Shown one piece after another: positions 10,201-19,130 of a stretch of DNA of 64,000 bases. The stretch comes from an uncultured Acidimicrobiales bacterium (GTDB taxonomy: Bacteria > Actinomycetota > Acidimicrobiia > Acidimicrobiales > UBA10347): the NCBI GenBank assembly GCA_943788915.1, contig CALSSD010000010.1, forward strand, positions 496,001-560,000. The letters are read 5' to 3'. A program made the translations under genes and the position numbers. The notes beneath the pieces were generated by a model. The model did not search any database. It saw nothing but the letters and a program-made list of their open reading frames with translations, and was not told the DNA's origin. The first letter of the stretch is position 1. Each line of letters begins with the position of its first letter.

Positions 10201-10749
10201 CTACTCAGGGATCCAACTCTCGATCTCGATACCCAGACCGTCGGCGATCCGATTGGCGTATGCGTAGTATGCGATGACTTCGGTGATATCGAGGATGTCG
10301 CGATCGCTGAAGCCTGCTTCTCGAAGTGCATCGGCGTCGGCCGGTGACATCGCCCCAGGTGTAGCCGTGAGTTTCACAGCGAAGGCCAACATGGCCGTTC
10401 GCTTGTCGTCGAGCGGCGCAGTCCGCCAGTCAGCCTCGACCGCATCGAGAAGAACATCATCTTTGAGTAGCCCGCGCAGACCGCGCCGGTGATGAACCAC
10501 TCAATAGTGGCAGTGGTTCTCAAGGCTGACGACGAGAGCGATTAACTCGCGCTCGACTTTGCGCAAGGTGGCCGTACCCGCCATCGCCGACGCGTAGAGC
10601 CCCTGATGGGCTGCAAGCCCCCGTGGATTCAGCGAGTGCACCGCAATGATGTTGTCGACACGGCCATACGTGGGATCAACAACGGTCGGGTAGATCTCGC
10701 CCAGCGCACCGGCCCAGTCGTCGTCGGGGATGACCTCGATATTTGCCAT
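10201..10749 (-). CDS. AhpD/carboxymuconolactone decarboxylase-like peroxidase-related selenoprotein (Sec83, CHYU)
   Basis: Two abutting in-frame ORFs joined by one TGA (10501-10503) at the second Cys position of ERELIALVVSLENHCHYx; SECIS-like hairpin directly downstream. Confidence 0.85.
10463..10504 (-). promoter_or_regulatory. Bacterial SECIS element
   Basis: mRNA UUGAGUGG-UUCAUCA-CCGGCGC-GGUCU-GCGCGGG-CUACUCAA; apical GC-GGUCU-GC resembles the E. coli fdhF SECIS loop (GCAGGUCUGC). Confidence 0.75.
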
Positions 10750-10767
10750 GAGTCCAGGCTGGCACAC

Positions 10768-11244
10768 TCAGCCGTTACGAGCGACGTTTGGTAGCTCGCG
10801 GATGGTCGTGACAGCGTGAGCCGCCATCGTGTCGGCTTGGAAAAACTTTGTTGCTACCAGGGTGGTGAGACCTCGTTGGTTCACGATCTCACCGGTGATC
10901 GTGAACGTCGCATCCACGATCGGCTCGAAATAGTCACACCGCATATTGATGGTGGTGAGCCAGCTGCGCTCGTCGGTCGGATCCTTGTCGCGGTCCACGG
11001 TGTGGACGGTGTACAACGACACGAGGTCGACATAGGTTGGCGTGAAGCCCCCGAAGAGCTGACCTTGGGGGTTCTTCAACGACTCCGGTAGATGCACTTG
11101 CACCTGGAGGAGCCCGGGTCGTTCGTCGAGAATCCGCCACTTGTAGGCCTCGAGCAGGTCGCCGGCACCATGGCCTGGCGCCATGAGCTGACCTGGCACA
11201 GTCTGGGCCCATGGTGCGGTCGTCGCATCGGTTTCGTTCGTCAT
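10768..11244 (-). CDS. PaaI family thioesterase (hotdog fold)
   Basis: NPQGQLFGG...YVD and TINMRCDYFEP motifs. Confidence 0.85.
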   Translation of the reverse strand: MTNETDATTAPWAQTVPGQLMAPGHGAGDLLEAYKWRILDERPGLLQVQVHLPESLKNPQGQLFGGFTPTYVDLVSLYTVHTVDRDKDPTDERSWLTTINMRCDYFEPIVDATFTITGEIVNQRGLTTLVATKFFQADTMAAHAVTTIRELPNVARNG

Positions 11245-11360
11245 CGAAGGAAGTGATAGCAGGTCCTGTTACTTGGACCCCATTTCTCGTTTGGGACGGG
11301 CGGGTGAATGAATCGTCAGTGGACATCGCCGCCACAGCACCCGTGCGTAAACATGTGCCT

Positions 11361-12056
11361 ATGACCTCTTCGTTCGCCCTCGCTGGCGCAAATGTCCTCG
11401 TGGCTGGCGCTACGGGTGGGCTAGGTTCCCGCTTCGTCGGCCAGTTGGTCGCTGCCGGAGCCCACGTCACCGCTGTCGGTCGTGATCATGGTCGCCTCGA
11501 AGCACTCGACCTACCGGCTGGGCAGACACTTGCCCTCGATCTTCGTTTGCCGAATGCGTGTGTTGCGGCAGTCGATGCAGCGGCGGGTCGTGGACCGCTT
11601 GATCTCGTGGTGAATGCCACCGGTGTCGTTGCATTCGGCACTGTGGCCGACGTAACCATCGACACCATGGAAGAGCTCTTCCTTACGAACGTTTTCGTGC
11701 CAATCATGCTGAGCCAATCAGCCTTGCCTCATATGGCCCCGGGAAGTGCCATCGTGAACATTTCGGGAGTCATCGCCGAACAGAACCTGCCGGGTATGGC
11801 GACCTATGGCGCGTCAAAGGCGGCACTTCGTTCCTTTCAGGAAGGGTTTGCCCGTGAAGCCCGCCGCCAAAAGGTTCGTGTCCTCGACACCCGTCCACCT
11901 CATACCGAGACTGGCTTGGCGAGCAGGGCCATCCAAGGGACGGCTCCGAACTTCGCGCGAGGGCTAGATCCTGACACGGTTGTCTCGATCATCCTTCGGG
12001 CGGTCACGGATGGCGCCAAGGATCTTGGCTCCGCAGCATTCGCAAGCGACAGATGA
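11361..12056 (+). CDS. SDR family oxidoreductase
   Basis: AGATGGLG and YGASK motifs; start moved to the ATG at 11361. Confidence 0.88.
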   Translation: MTSSFALAGANVLVAGATGGLGSRFVGQLVAAGAHVTAVGRDHGRLEALDLPAGQTLALDLRLPNACVAAVDAAAGRGPLDLVVNATGVVAFGTVADVTIDTMEELFLTNVFVPIMLSQSALPHMAPGSAIVNISGVIAEQNLPGMATYGASKAALRSFQEGFAREARRQKVRVLDTRPPHTETGLASRAIQGTAPNFARGLDPDTVVSIILRAVTDGAKDLGSAAFASDR

Positions 12057-12592
12057 TCAATCCGTTTTCGCTTGCCAGCTGGGGTGCTACCGATGACGAG
12101 ATTGTCGGATCGATGGTGGGCGACGATCAAGTTCCCGACGCTATGTTCAGCGCAACCCGGTCTATTTCCATCCTCGCCCCGCCAGCGTCTGTCTTTCCTT
12201 GGTTGCGCCAGATGGGGTTCAGGCGGGCGGGGTGGTACAGCTATGACTGGATCGATAACTTCGGCAAGGAGAGCGCCAGGCACATCCACCCCGAATGGCA
12301 ACACTTGGAATCTGGCGGGTTGGTACCCGCCGGACCTATCTCATTCATAGCGTCCACTGTGGACCCGGATCGAGCGTTCTGCCTCGTGCAAGCGAGTCGG
12401 TTCGTCGCGTTCTCGTTGGCGTTTGAGCTTCGTCCTGAAGCCGACGGCACCCGGCTCGTTAGCCGTGCCCGTGCCAATCTCTGTTTCCCTGGCGGCGCAA
12501 CTGTTGCACAATGGCTCCTTGAGCCCGGCGATGGCCTGATGGTGCGCAAGCAACTGTTGGGGATAAAGGAACGAGCCGAGTCTCTTTTGTAG
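12053..12592 (+). CDS. SRPBCC-like conserved actinobacterial protein
   Basis: WGATDDE, TRSISILAP..VFPWLRQMG..RAGWYSYDWIDN, MVRKQLLGIKERAE; ATGA overlap with the SDR gene. Confidence 0.75.
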   Translation: MINPFSLASWGATDDEIVGSMVGDDQVPDAMFSATRSISILAPPASVFPWLRQMGFRRAGWYSYDWIDNFGKESARHIHPEWQHLESGGLVPAGPISFIASTVDPDRAFCLVQASRFVAFSLAFELRPEADGTRLVSRARANLCFPGGATVAQWLLEPGDGLMVRKQLLGIKERAESLL

Positions 12593-12699
12593 CCCCATCA
12601 GGGAATCACGAGCTCGACTAACACTCGTTTCGGTTGGATAACCCGGTGTACACCGTGTCGTTGATCACTTCGCAACGATCAAGGTTGACGATGTGTTGC

Positions 12700-13276
12700 G
12701 GGGACCAAAGTGAACGGTTCATCATCGAAGACGGGTCCCCAGATCTTGATGTCTTTGCGAGCCACGGGTTGGCCTCATATGGTCGGCTTCGACGGCTGAT
12801 CCTGTCCTGTTAAACGAAGATAGGTCAGGTGCGAGGTATCGCGTTCAAGGTTCGCAGTGGAGATCACCGTGCCACAACATGTGGCAGTCCCATGTCAGAA
12901 GGGGCTCATCTGGATCTGTCAGGGCGGCCACGATGTGGGCCAGTTCGTCGAGGTAGTCCTAGGGGCCGTGGACAGGGCTGACGGTTCGGTCTGACAGCCG
13001 CCATTCGGGTGCAGTGATGAAGTGCATCGGCATCAACAGGGCAGCCATCGATGGATGGAGGTGTGGATCGATGAACCCGGGCATGAGGGCCTTGTCCCCG
13101 AACGTGTCATCGACACAGCCTGGATGGCATCGAGCCACGGCTGCACAGACTCACGGATGGTGACTTCGGATAGTGACTTCGACGCTGTCGCCATCGGCAA
13201 CGACCACAGCGGTGGCGACCGGCATCGACGGGTTCATGGTGTAAATACGTTTCGCAATGTAAACGGTGAGATCCAT
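12700..13276 (-). pseudogene. Decayed amidohydrolase (YtcJ/Amidohydro_3-like) with internal deletion
   Basis: Fragments MDLTVYIAKRIYTMNPSMPVATAV, LMPGFIDPHLHP and KDIKIW..VFDDEPF separated by stops and frameshifts. Confidence 0.75.
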
Positions 13277-13294
13277 CACTGCCAGACTAGGTAT

Positions 13295-14251
13295 CTGACT
13301 ACTACCCCTACCACCTCGCAGGGCACACAGCCCAAGGTCCGCACATCCCAATCAGGATCGGCGCTCGCATTCGTGATCCTCGTGTGGGGACTCGGACCGC
13401 CGATTTCCAAGCTGATCTCCGCTCCTGCTGTTATCTCGGTCCTGTATCGCTTCTGGCTGTCGGTGCCGATTCTTTTCGTGCTCGCGGTGCTTCGGGGCGT
13501 GAAGCCGACATGGGAAAGTGTGCGCCACGCTGTCTTGGCTGGAGCTGCCTTCGGTATCAATCTGGTATTCGTGTTCCTGACCATCAACGAGGGAGCCGTT
13601 GCTGTTCTCAGCGTGTTTGCAGCGATGCAACCGGGCATTATCTTGCTGGTTGCGGGGCCGTTCCTTGGCGAACGTCCCACCATTTGGCATGTGGTGTGGA
13701 CCTTCATCGGCATCGGGGGGACTGCCATCGTTGTTGCAACCGGCGGCGACGGCTTCGAGGTGAGCGCGGCAGCGCTGATCTATGCAGCGGTGTCGCAGTT
13801 CTTCTTTACGGCCTACTTCTTGTTGACCAAACGTGAACGAAGCCGTCATGACATCGACGCCGTGCAGTGGATGTCAGGTGTCGTGATCTGGGCTGCCATA
13901 GCGGTCACGCCATGGGCGCTTCTCACCAGCACGTCAAAGGACTACCGGGCAATCGATGGGCTGGATTGGTTGTGGTTGGCAATCATCATTGTGTTCACCG
14001 GCGGCCTTGGTCACATCGTGATGGCGTGGGTGCATCGGTATGTCGATGCGTCGCGTTCGTCGCTCTACCTGTTGTCGATGAATATCGTTGCCATTCTGGC
14101 CGCATGGATTATCCACGACGAACCGCTCACCTTGCTTCAGATGCTGGGCGGTGTGGTGGTGTTTACCGCGGTGGCGGCCGTCATAAGCCGACCTCCCGAC
14201 CGCCGTGATCCCATCGATTTTGGGCAGAAAGACGCACAGACAGTCGGCTAG
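13295..14251 (+). CDS. DMT/EamA family transporter
   Basis: About 10 hydrophobic segments, WGLG and FLGERP motifs; start uncertain (CTG 13295 follows CAGACT-N6; the ORF-track extension to 13022 overlaps the pseudogene). Confidence 0.85.
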   Translation: MTTTPTTSQGTQPKVRTSQSGSALAFVILVWGLGPPISKLISAPAVISVLYRFWLSVPILFVLAVLRGVKPTWESVRHAVLAGAAFGINLVFVFLTINEGAVAVLSVFAAMQPGIILLVAGPFLGERPTIWHVVWTFIGIGGTAIVVATGGDGFEVSAAALIYAAVSQFFFTAYFLLTKRERSRHDIDAVQWMSGVVIWAAIAVTPWALLTSTSKDYRAIDGLDWLWLAIIIVFTGGLGHIVMAWVHRYVDASRSSLYLLSMNIVAILAAWIIHDEPLTLLQMLGGVVVFTAVAAVISRPPDRRDPIDFGQKDAQTVG

Positions 14252-14290
14252 ACATCGCGTTGGCCGTTCTGTGCCGTAGTTTTGAGACCT

Positions 14291-15205
14291 ATGCGTTCTT
14301 TCAACATGGGTCGGTTCGGCAATAGCGACGATCCGTGGTTTCGTGTCGGCACGGTCGACGTCAACACCACCATCTTTGTGGTCGGCGTTGGCGTGTTGTC
14401 CTTGCTGCTATGGGCAGTCGAGGGCCCGAGCCACCCGATCCTCGGCAGACTGGTCTTGATTCCGAGCGAGGTCATGGACGGTCAGGTTTGGCGATTGTTC
14501 ACCTGGCCGATTGCCAATGAGTTCGACAGCATCTGGGTGCTGTTGTTGTTCTTCGTTTTCTTCCAGCTGGGCAGCATGCTCGAAGCCACCATGGGGCGAA
14601 AACTGTTCACCACGTATCTGGTGCTGCTCGCCTTGGTCCCCGCAGCGGTGGTGATGGTGTTTCACATCGTGGTTGGTACCAACGGTGGTGTCGGCGGTTT
14701 ACGCATGATGGAACTCGGCGTGTTGGTCGGGTTTGGTCTGCGTATGCCCGATGCCCGGTTCTGGCCGGGCATCCCCGCGTGGGGTATTGCTGCCGGAATC
14801 GTGGTCATCAATATGGTGCAGTATCTGGGTGTTCGCGACAATTTCTCCATGTTGTTCTTGGCGACAACGGTCGTCGTCGCACTGATTGGCCTGCGTTCAC
14901 TTGGGTTCGCCGAACACGCTGACTGGGTGCCCCGCGTGCCGTTGCCAGCGAGTGGTGGCGGCGCACCGAAGCAGTCGAAGTCGCGTTCCACCTCCAAACG
15001 CAAACGCCGTAGTCGGGCGAATCTCAAGGTTGCCCAAGCGCCGAACGCTGTCGCTCCACCACGACGAGAACTCACCAAACTGGAAGAGGCGGAGATGGAT
15101 TCAATCCTGGATCAGGTCTCCGAACGTGGCATGGAAAGCCTGACGCCGCAACAACGCAAAAGGCTCGAAGACCACTCCAAACGTCTACGACGCGGAGGCG
15201 ACTGA
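14291..15205 (+). CDS. Rhomboid-like membrane protein with C-terminal DUF6576-type domain
   Basis: GQVWRLFTW, several TM helices, C-terminal MDSILDQVSERGMESLT. Confidence 0.78.
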   Translation: MRSFNMGRFGNSDDPWFRVGTVDVNTTIFVVGVGVLSLLLWAVEGPSHPILGRLVLIPSEVMDGQVWRLFTWPIANEFDSIWVLLLFFVFFQLGSMLEATMGRKLFTTYLVLLALVPAAVVMVFHIVVGTNGGVGGLRMMELGVLVGFGLRMPDARFWPGIPAWGIAAGIVVINMVQYLGVRDNFSMLFLATTVVVALIGLRSLGFAEHADWVPRVPLPASGGGAPKQSKSRSTSKRKRRSRANLKVAQAPNAVAPPRRELTKLEEAEMDSILDQVSERGMESLTPQQRKRLEDHSKRLRRGGD

Positions 15206-15249
15206 CGGCCGGCTATACACAAACGATTGGTTGCCTTTAGGTTGGTCGA

Positions 15250-16182
15250 GTGACACTACGACCATTTCGTTTTGCCGTTCAGACCGGCCCGTTTCAGGAT
15301 CCGATAGCGCTACGAACATTTGCCCAACAGATCGAGGCGCTCGGGTACGACGAACTTTACTCGTTTGACCACATTGGTAGGCGTGGCAACGCCGCCGTCG
15401 ATCCGTTCGTGCCGTTACTGATCGCCGCCGAGGCGACCACCACACTTCGGGTGGGCCCGCTGGTCCTCAACAATGAGTTGCACCATCCAGCACTGCTTGC
15501 TCGAACAGCGATCTCGGTCGACCAGATGACATCGGGCCGACTCGTGCTGGGGCTTGGTACCGGGTATGCACAGGTCGAACATGACGCAATCGGTATGCGG
15601 TTGCTGCCGCCTGGTCAGCGGGTTAGCCGGTTTGCTGAGTCGTTGCAGATCGTACGCAGCCTGTGCGACAACGGCTCGTGTTCGTACTCTGGTGAATACC
15701 ACACGGTCGCGGTTGAGGAAATGGGGATCCGTCCGACGCAGGAACACATCCCGTTCCTGATCGGCGGCCATGGCAAACGCGTCGTTGGACTCGCTGGTCG
15801 CCATGCTGATATTTTCCAGTTCACCGGCCTGGTGCATGCCGAAGATGGCACGCCGACCGCTGGCGGCTTTCCCTTCGATCAGATCCAACAGCGCGCCCAG
15901 TGGTTAGCGGATGCTGCCGGTGATCGAGACGCTGACATCGAGCGTTCATCGCTGGCCCAGCTCACTGCTCTGGATGCTGATGCGCCCGACGACAACACGC
16001 TCATTGAGCGATACAAGATGGATGCAGACGAGATCGCCAAGACACCCTTCGTGCTGGTCGGCTCCACCGAGCAGGTCGTAGACAAGATCGAACGGTTGCG
16101 TGAACAACTCGGCATCAGCCACTACGTAGTTCGAGATCCCGAAGGCTTCGCTCCGATCGTCGAAGCACTAGCCCGGCGGTAG
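15250..16182 (+). CDS. LLM class (probably F420-dependent) oxidoreductase
   Basis: RPFRFAVQ, FDH, VLNNELHHPALLAR, GRLVLGLGTGY and IGGHGKR motifs. Confidence 0.9.
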   Translation: MTLRPFRFAVQTGPFQDPIALRTFAQQIEALGYDELYSFDHIGRRGNAAVDPFVPLLIAAEATTTLRVGPLVLNNELHHPALLARTAISVDQMTSGRLVLGLGTGYAQVEHDAIGMRLLPPGQRVSRFAESLQIVRSLCDNGSCSYSGEYHTVAVEEMGIRPTQEHIPFLIGGHGKRVVGLAGRHADIFQFTGLVHAEDGTPTAGGFPFDQIQQRAQWLADAAGDRDADIERSSLAQLTALDADAPDDNTLIERYKMDADEIAKTPFVLVGSTEQVVDKIERLREQLGISHYVVRDPEGFAPIVEALARR

Positions 16183-16191
16183 CGGCGTTTT

Positions 16192-16373
16192 ACCGCTCCG
16201 CTCGGGGGTAGTTCGGATTCGCTCCGCTCATCCTGTCGAAGTGGCCAGCTCAGACAGCCGCAGCGGAGCGAGGCGGACTAGCCTCCAACGCCGCTGACGC
16301 AGCGGAGCAAGTCAGCAAACGGTTAGAGCGAGGGACGAGCGTTTCGCGTGAGAGCGAAGCGAAACGCTCCAAC
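16192..16373. repeat. REP-like intergenic repeat cluster (modules A 16246-16291, B 16326-16373)
   Basis: Both modules recur as reverse complements at 23314-23359 (44/46) and 23385-23432 (44/48); B is a hairpin GAGCGTTTCGC...GCGAAACGCTC. Confidence 0.8.
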
Positions 16374-16406
16374 TGAAGTGCTAATTGCTGCGTACAAACA
16401 AAAGCA

Positions 16407-17168
16407 TCACTGCTTCGCGAGGGTGCCCAGGTAGAGCTCGATGACCTTGGGGTCGGTGAGCAGGTCTATGCCGGGGCCCTCGTAGGCGTTCTTGCCGTTG
16501 TCGAGCACGTAGGCCCGGTCACTGATGCGCAGACATCGTTGTGCATTCTGTTCAACCATCACGATTGACACGCCGGTGGCATTGATCGACTGCACGTTTT
16601 CGAAGACCTCGCCCTGATAGGCAGGGGAGAGGCCAGCTGATGGTTCATCGAGGAGTAGCACCTCGGGTTGCATCATGAGCGCCCGGCCCATCGCGAGCAT
16701 TTGGCGCTCGCCGCCGGACAACAATCCCGCCCGTTGCTTAGCTCGTTCGCCGAGCTTGGGGAAGAGCTGGATGACTGAGTCCAATCGATCGGGGATTTTA
16801 TTCTTGGGGAGTTGGTAGGCGCCCATCTCAAGATTCTCGGTGATGGTCAGGCTTGGGAACACGTTCTCAGTCTGAGGGACGAAACCCACACCCTTCTCGA
16901 CGAGCGAGTGCGCGGCCAGGTTGGTGATGACCTCGCCGTGCAGACGCACGGCACCATCGCGAACCGGGACCAAACCGAACATTGCCTTAAGAAGCGTCGA
17001 CTTACCCGCGCCGTTCGGGCCGATGATGCCTACCAGTTCGCCTAGGTTGAGCTCGAAGTGCACACCGGTCAAGATGTCAACACCGGGTAGGTAGCCAGCA
17101 ATCAGACCGTCGCCAACCAGGACCTGCTTCTTGTCTGGTGAACCAGTCTTCGAATCAGTGGCATTCAT
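16407..17168 (-). CDS. livF: Branched-chain amino acid ABC transporter ATP-binding protein
   Basis: GPNGAGKS, LSGGERQMLA, LLLDEPSAGL and VEQNA motifs. Confidence 0.92.
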   Translation of the reverse strand: MNATDSKTGSPDKKQVLVGDGLIAGYLPGVDILTGVHFELNLGELVGIIGPNGAGKSTLLKAMFGLVPVRDGAVRLHGEVITNLAAHSLVEKGVGFVPQTENVFPSLTITENLEMGAYQLPKNKIPDRLDSVIQLFPKLGERAKQRAGLLSGGERQMLAMGRALMMQPEVLLLDEPSAGLSPAYQGEVFENVQSINATGVSIVMVEQNAQRCLRISDRAYVLDNGKNAYEGPGIDLLTDPKVIELYLGTLAKQ

Positions 17169-18064
17169 TGTGCGTCTGCTCCCGTGCGGCCGTCGTCGGC
17201 AGCGATGCCATCGTCGGTCCCTAGATACGCGTCGATGACCTTCTTATTCTTGGAGACCTGTGCTGGGGTGCCCTCGGCGATCACGCCACCCTCGGCCAGC
17301 ACCACGATCCAGTCGGAGATGCCCATGATGACGTCCATATCGTGTTCGACGAACAGCACGCTCACGCCTTCATCGCGTAGCGCCTCGACGTGGCCAAGTA
17401 AAGACTGGACCAGTGCAGGGTTCACGCCCGCCATCGGCTCGTCGAGCAGGATGAGAGCGGGGCTGGCCATAAGGGCTCGGGCCATTTCAAGAAGCTTGCG
17501 CTGGCCGCCAGAAAGTGTGGCGGCGTATTCCTCGGCCATGTGAGACATGTTGAAGCGCTCGAGCAGCTCAACGGCGCGCTCCCGGACGTCGGCCTCTTGT
17601 TTGCGCCATGCGCCTCGCAAGAGCGAGAAGGAGAGCTTCTCGCCCTTCTGATTCGGTGCGCCGAGCAGCATGTTGTCCATGACGCTCATCTTGCCGAGCG
17701 ACTTGGTCAGCTGGAAGGTCCGGACCATGCCCATCTGCGCAATCTTGTGCGACGCCATGCCGCCGACTTCAGTGCCGTCGAATTGCCACTTGCCGGTGTC
17801 GGGTTCGTCAAAGCCGGTGAGCAGATTGAAGAAGGTGGTCTTGCCGGCCCCGTTTGGGCCGATAAAGGCGGTGATGATGCCCCGTTGGACTTCGAGGTAA
17901 TCGACGTCGACGGCCTTGAGCCCACCGAAGTTTCGGGTCACTTCCTTGACGGTCAGAATGGTGTCGGGCTTCTTTGAACCCGGCTGCGGGTCAACGGTGG
18001 CGAGTAGTTCAGCTGCAGCTTCTTTGGCAGCCGACGACGGGTTGCATGATGATTTAGCGGACAT
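17165..18064 (-). CDS. livG: Branched-chain amino acid ABC transporter ATP-binding protein
   Basis: FGGLKAV, GPNGAGKT, RTFQ, LDEPMAG and EHDM motifs. Confidence 0.92.
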   Translation of the reverse strand: MSAKSSCNPSSAAKEAAAELLATVDPQPGSKKPDTILTVKEVTRNFGGLKAVDVDYLEVQRGIITAFIGPNGAGKTTFFNLLTGFDEPDTGKWQFDGTEVGGMASHKIAQMGMVRTFQLTKSLGKMSVMDNMLLGAPNQKGEKLSFSLLRGAWRKQEADVRERAVELLERFNMSHMAEEYAATLSGGQRKLLEMARALMASPALILLDEPMAGVNPALVQSLLGHVEALRDEGVSVLFVEHDMDVIMGISDWIVVLAEGGVIAEGTPAQVSKNKKVIDAYLGTDDGIAADDGRTGADAQ

Positions 18065-19130
18065 CGAGCAGTGCCTCTTCCTTCTTGCCGAGCAGGCCTT
18101 GTGGACGCCAGATCATCAGTGCCGCCAGCATGACGCCCATCATGATCAGACGGATACGGCCGATGTCGTTCGAGTCGATGAGCCAATCAGGGATCCAGTC
18201 GTTCTCGACGAGCTGTCGGACTGCTTCCTCAACGAATTGCAGCGAGAACCAGAAGATCGCGGCACCGATTACTGGACCCCACTTGGAGGCTGCGCCACCC
18301 AGGATGAGTGAGGTCCAGATGAAGAAGGTCGTCTGTGGCCGAAACTGCTCGGATTGCACGAAACTGTTGTCGAGTGTTCGGATGATGCCAGCAATAGCGC
18401 CGATCGCGCCACCGATGATCAAGCTCTGCAGCTTGTAGCTGAACACATTCTTACCGAGCGCACGAGCGGCGTCTTCGTCTTCTCGAATGGCCTTGACAAC
18501 CCGGCCCCATGGAGAGTTCACTAACCGCCAGACCAGGATCGTCATGAGTACGACGAGTGCCCAGCCGATGATCATCAGCCACAGAGCCTTGGCATCGAAG
18601 TTGAAGATGTCAGTCCAGAGGACATCGAAGGATCGGGTTGGGTTCTCCGTGTCGTATAGGGGATTCCAGTCGATACCGATCCTGTCAGACAGGCTGACGT
18701 CGTTGCCTCGGTCCTCGATGCTCGGAAGCCCGAACGGGCCACCGGTGATGTTGATGAGACGTTGTGAGCGGGCACTCACCCGCATGACCTCACCAATGGC
18801 GATGGTCACGATCGCTAAGTAATCACCCCGAAGCCTCAGCGCAGGTATGCCAATAAGGAGGGCAATGATGACCGAGAACAGCAGGCCGCAGACCATGGCG
18901 ACAAGGATGCCGCCCGGGACTCCCTGAGTGAAGGCGATGGCCATGCCGTAGGAACCAGCGGCCATGAACGCGACCATGCCGACATTAAGGAGGCCCGTGA
19001 ACCCGTAGTGCAGGTTCAGGCCAATTGCGCCGAGGGCAAAGACGATGGTGGGGATGCTGACCGATGCCCGCAGCGGAACGCCGATGAGGTCCTTCAAGTC
19101 GAACGCAGCGAGTAGGAGTTCGAACTTCAT
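18054..19130 (-). CDS. livM: Branched-chain amino acid ABC transporter permease
   Basis: GLNLHYGFTGLLN, LRLRGDYLAIVT and AIREDEDAA motifs. Confidence 0.92.
   Translation of the reverse strand: MKFELLLAAFDLKDLIGVPLRASVSIPTIVFALGAIGLNLHYGFTGLLNVGMVAFMAAGSYGMAIAFTQGVPGGILVAMVCGLLFSVIIALLIGIPALRLRGDYLAIVTIAIGEVMRVSARSQRLINITGGPFGLPSIEDRGNDVSLSDRIGIDWNPLYDTENPTRSFDVLWTDIFNFDAKALWLMIIGWALVVLMTILVWRLVNSPWGRVVKAIREDEDAARALGKNVFSYKLQSLIIGGAIGAIAGIIRTLDNSFVQSEQFRPQTTFFIWTSLILGGAASKWGPVIGAAIFWFSLQFVEEAVRQLVENDWIPDWLIDSNDIGRIRLIMMGVMLAALMIWRPQGLLGKKEEALLDVR

Noticed and set aside
13022..13294. N-terminal extension of the DMT transporter ORF
   Set aside because: It is the antisense of the amidohydrolase pseudogene
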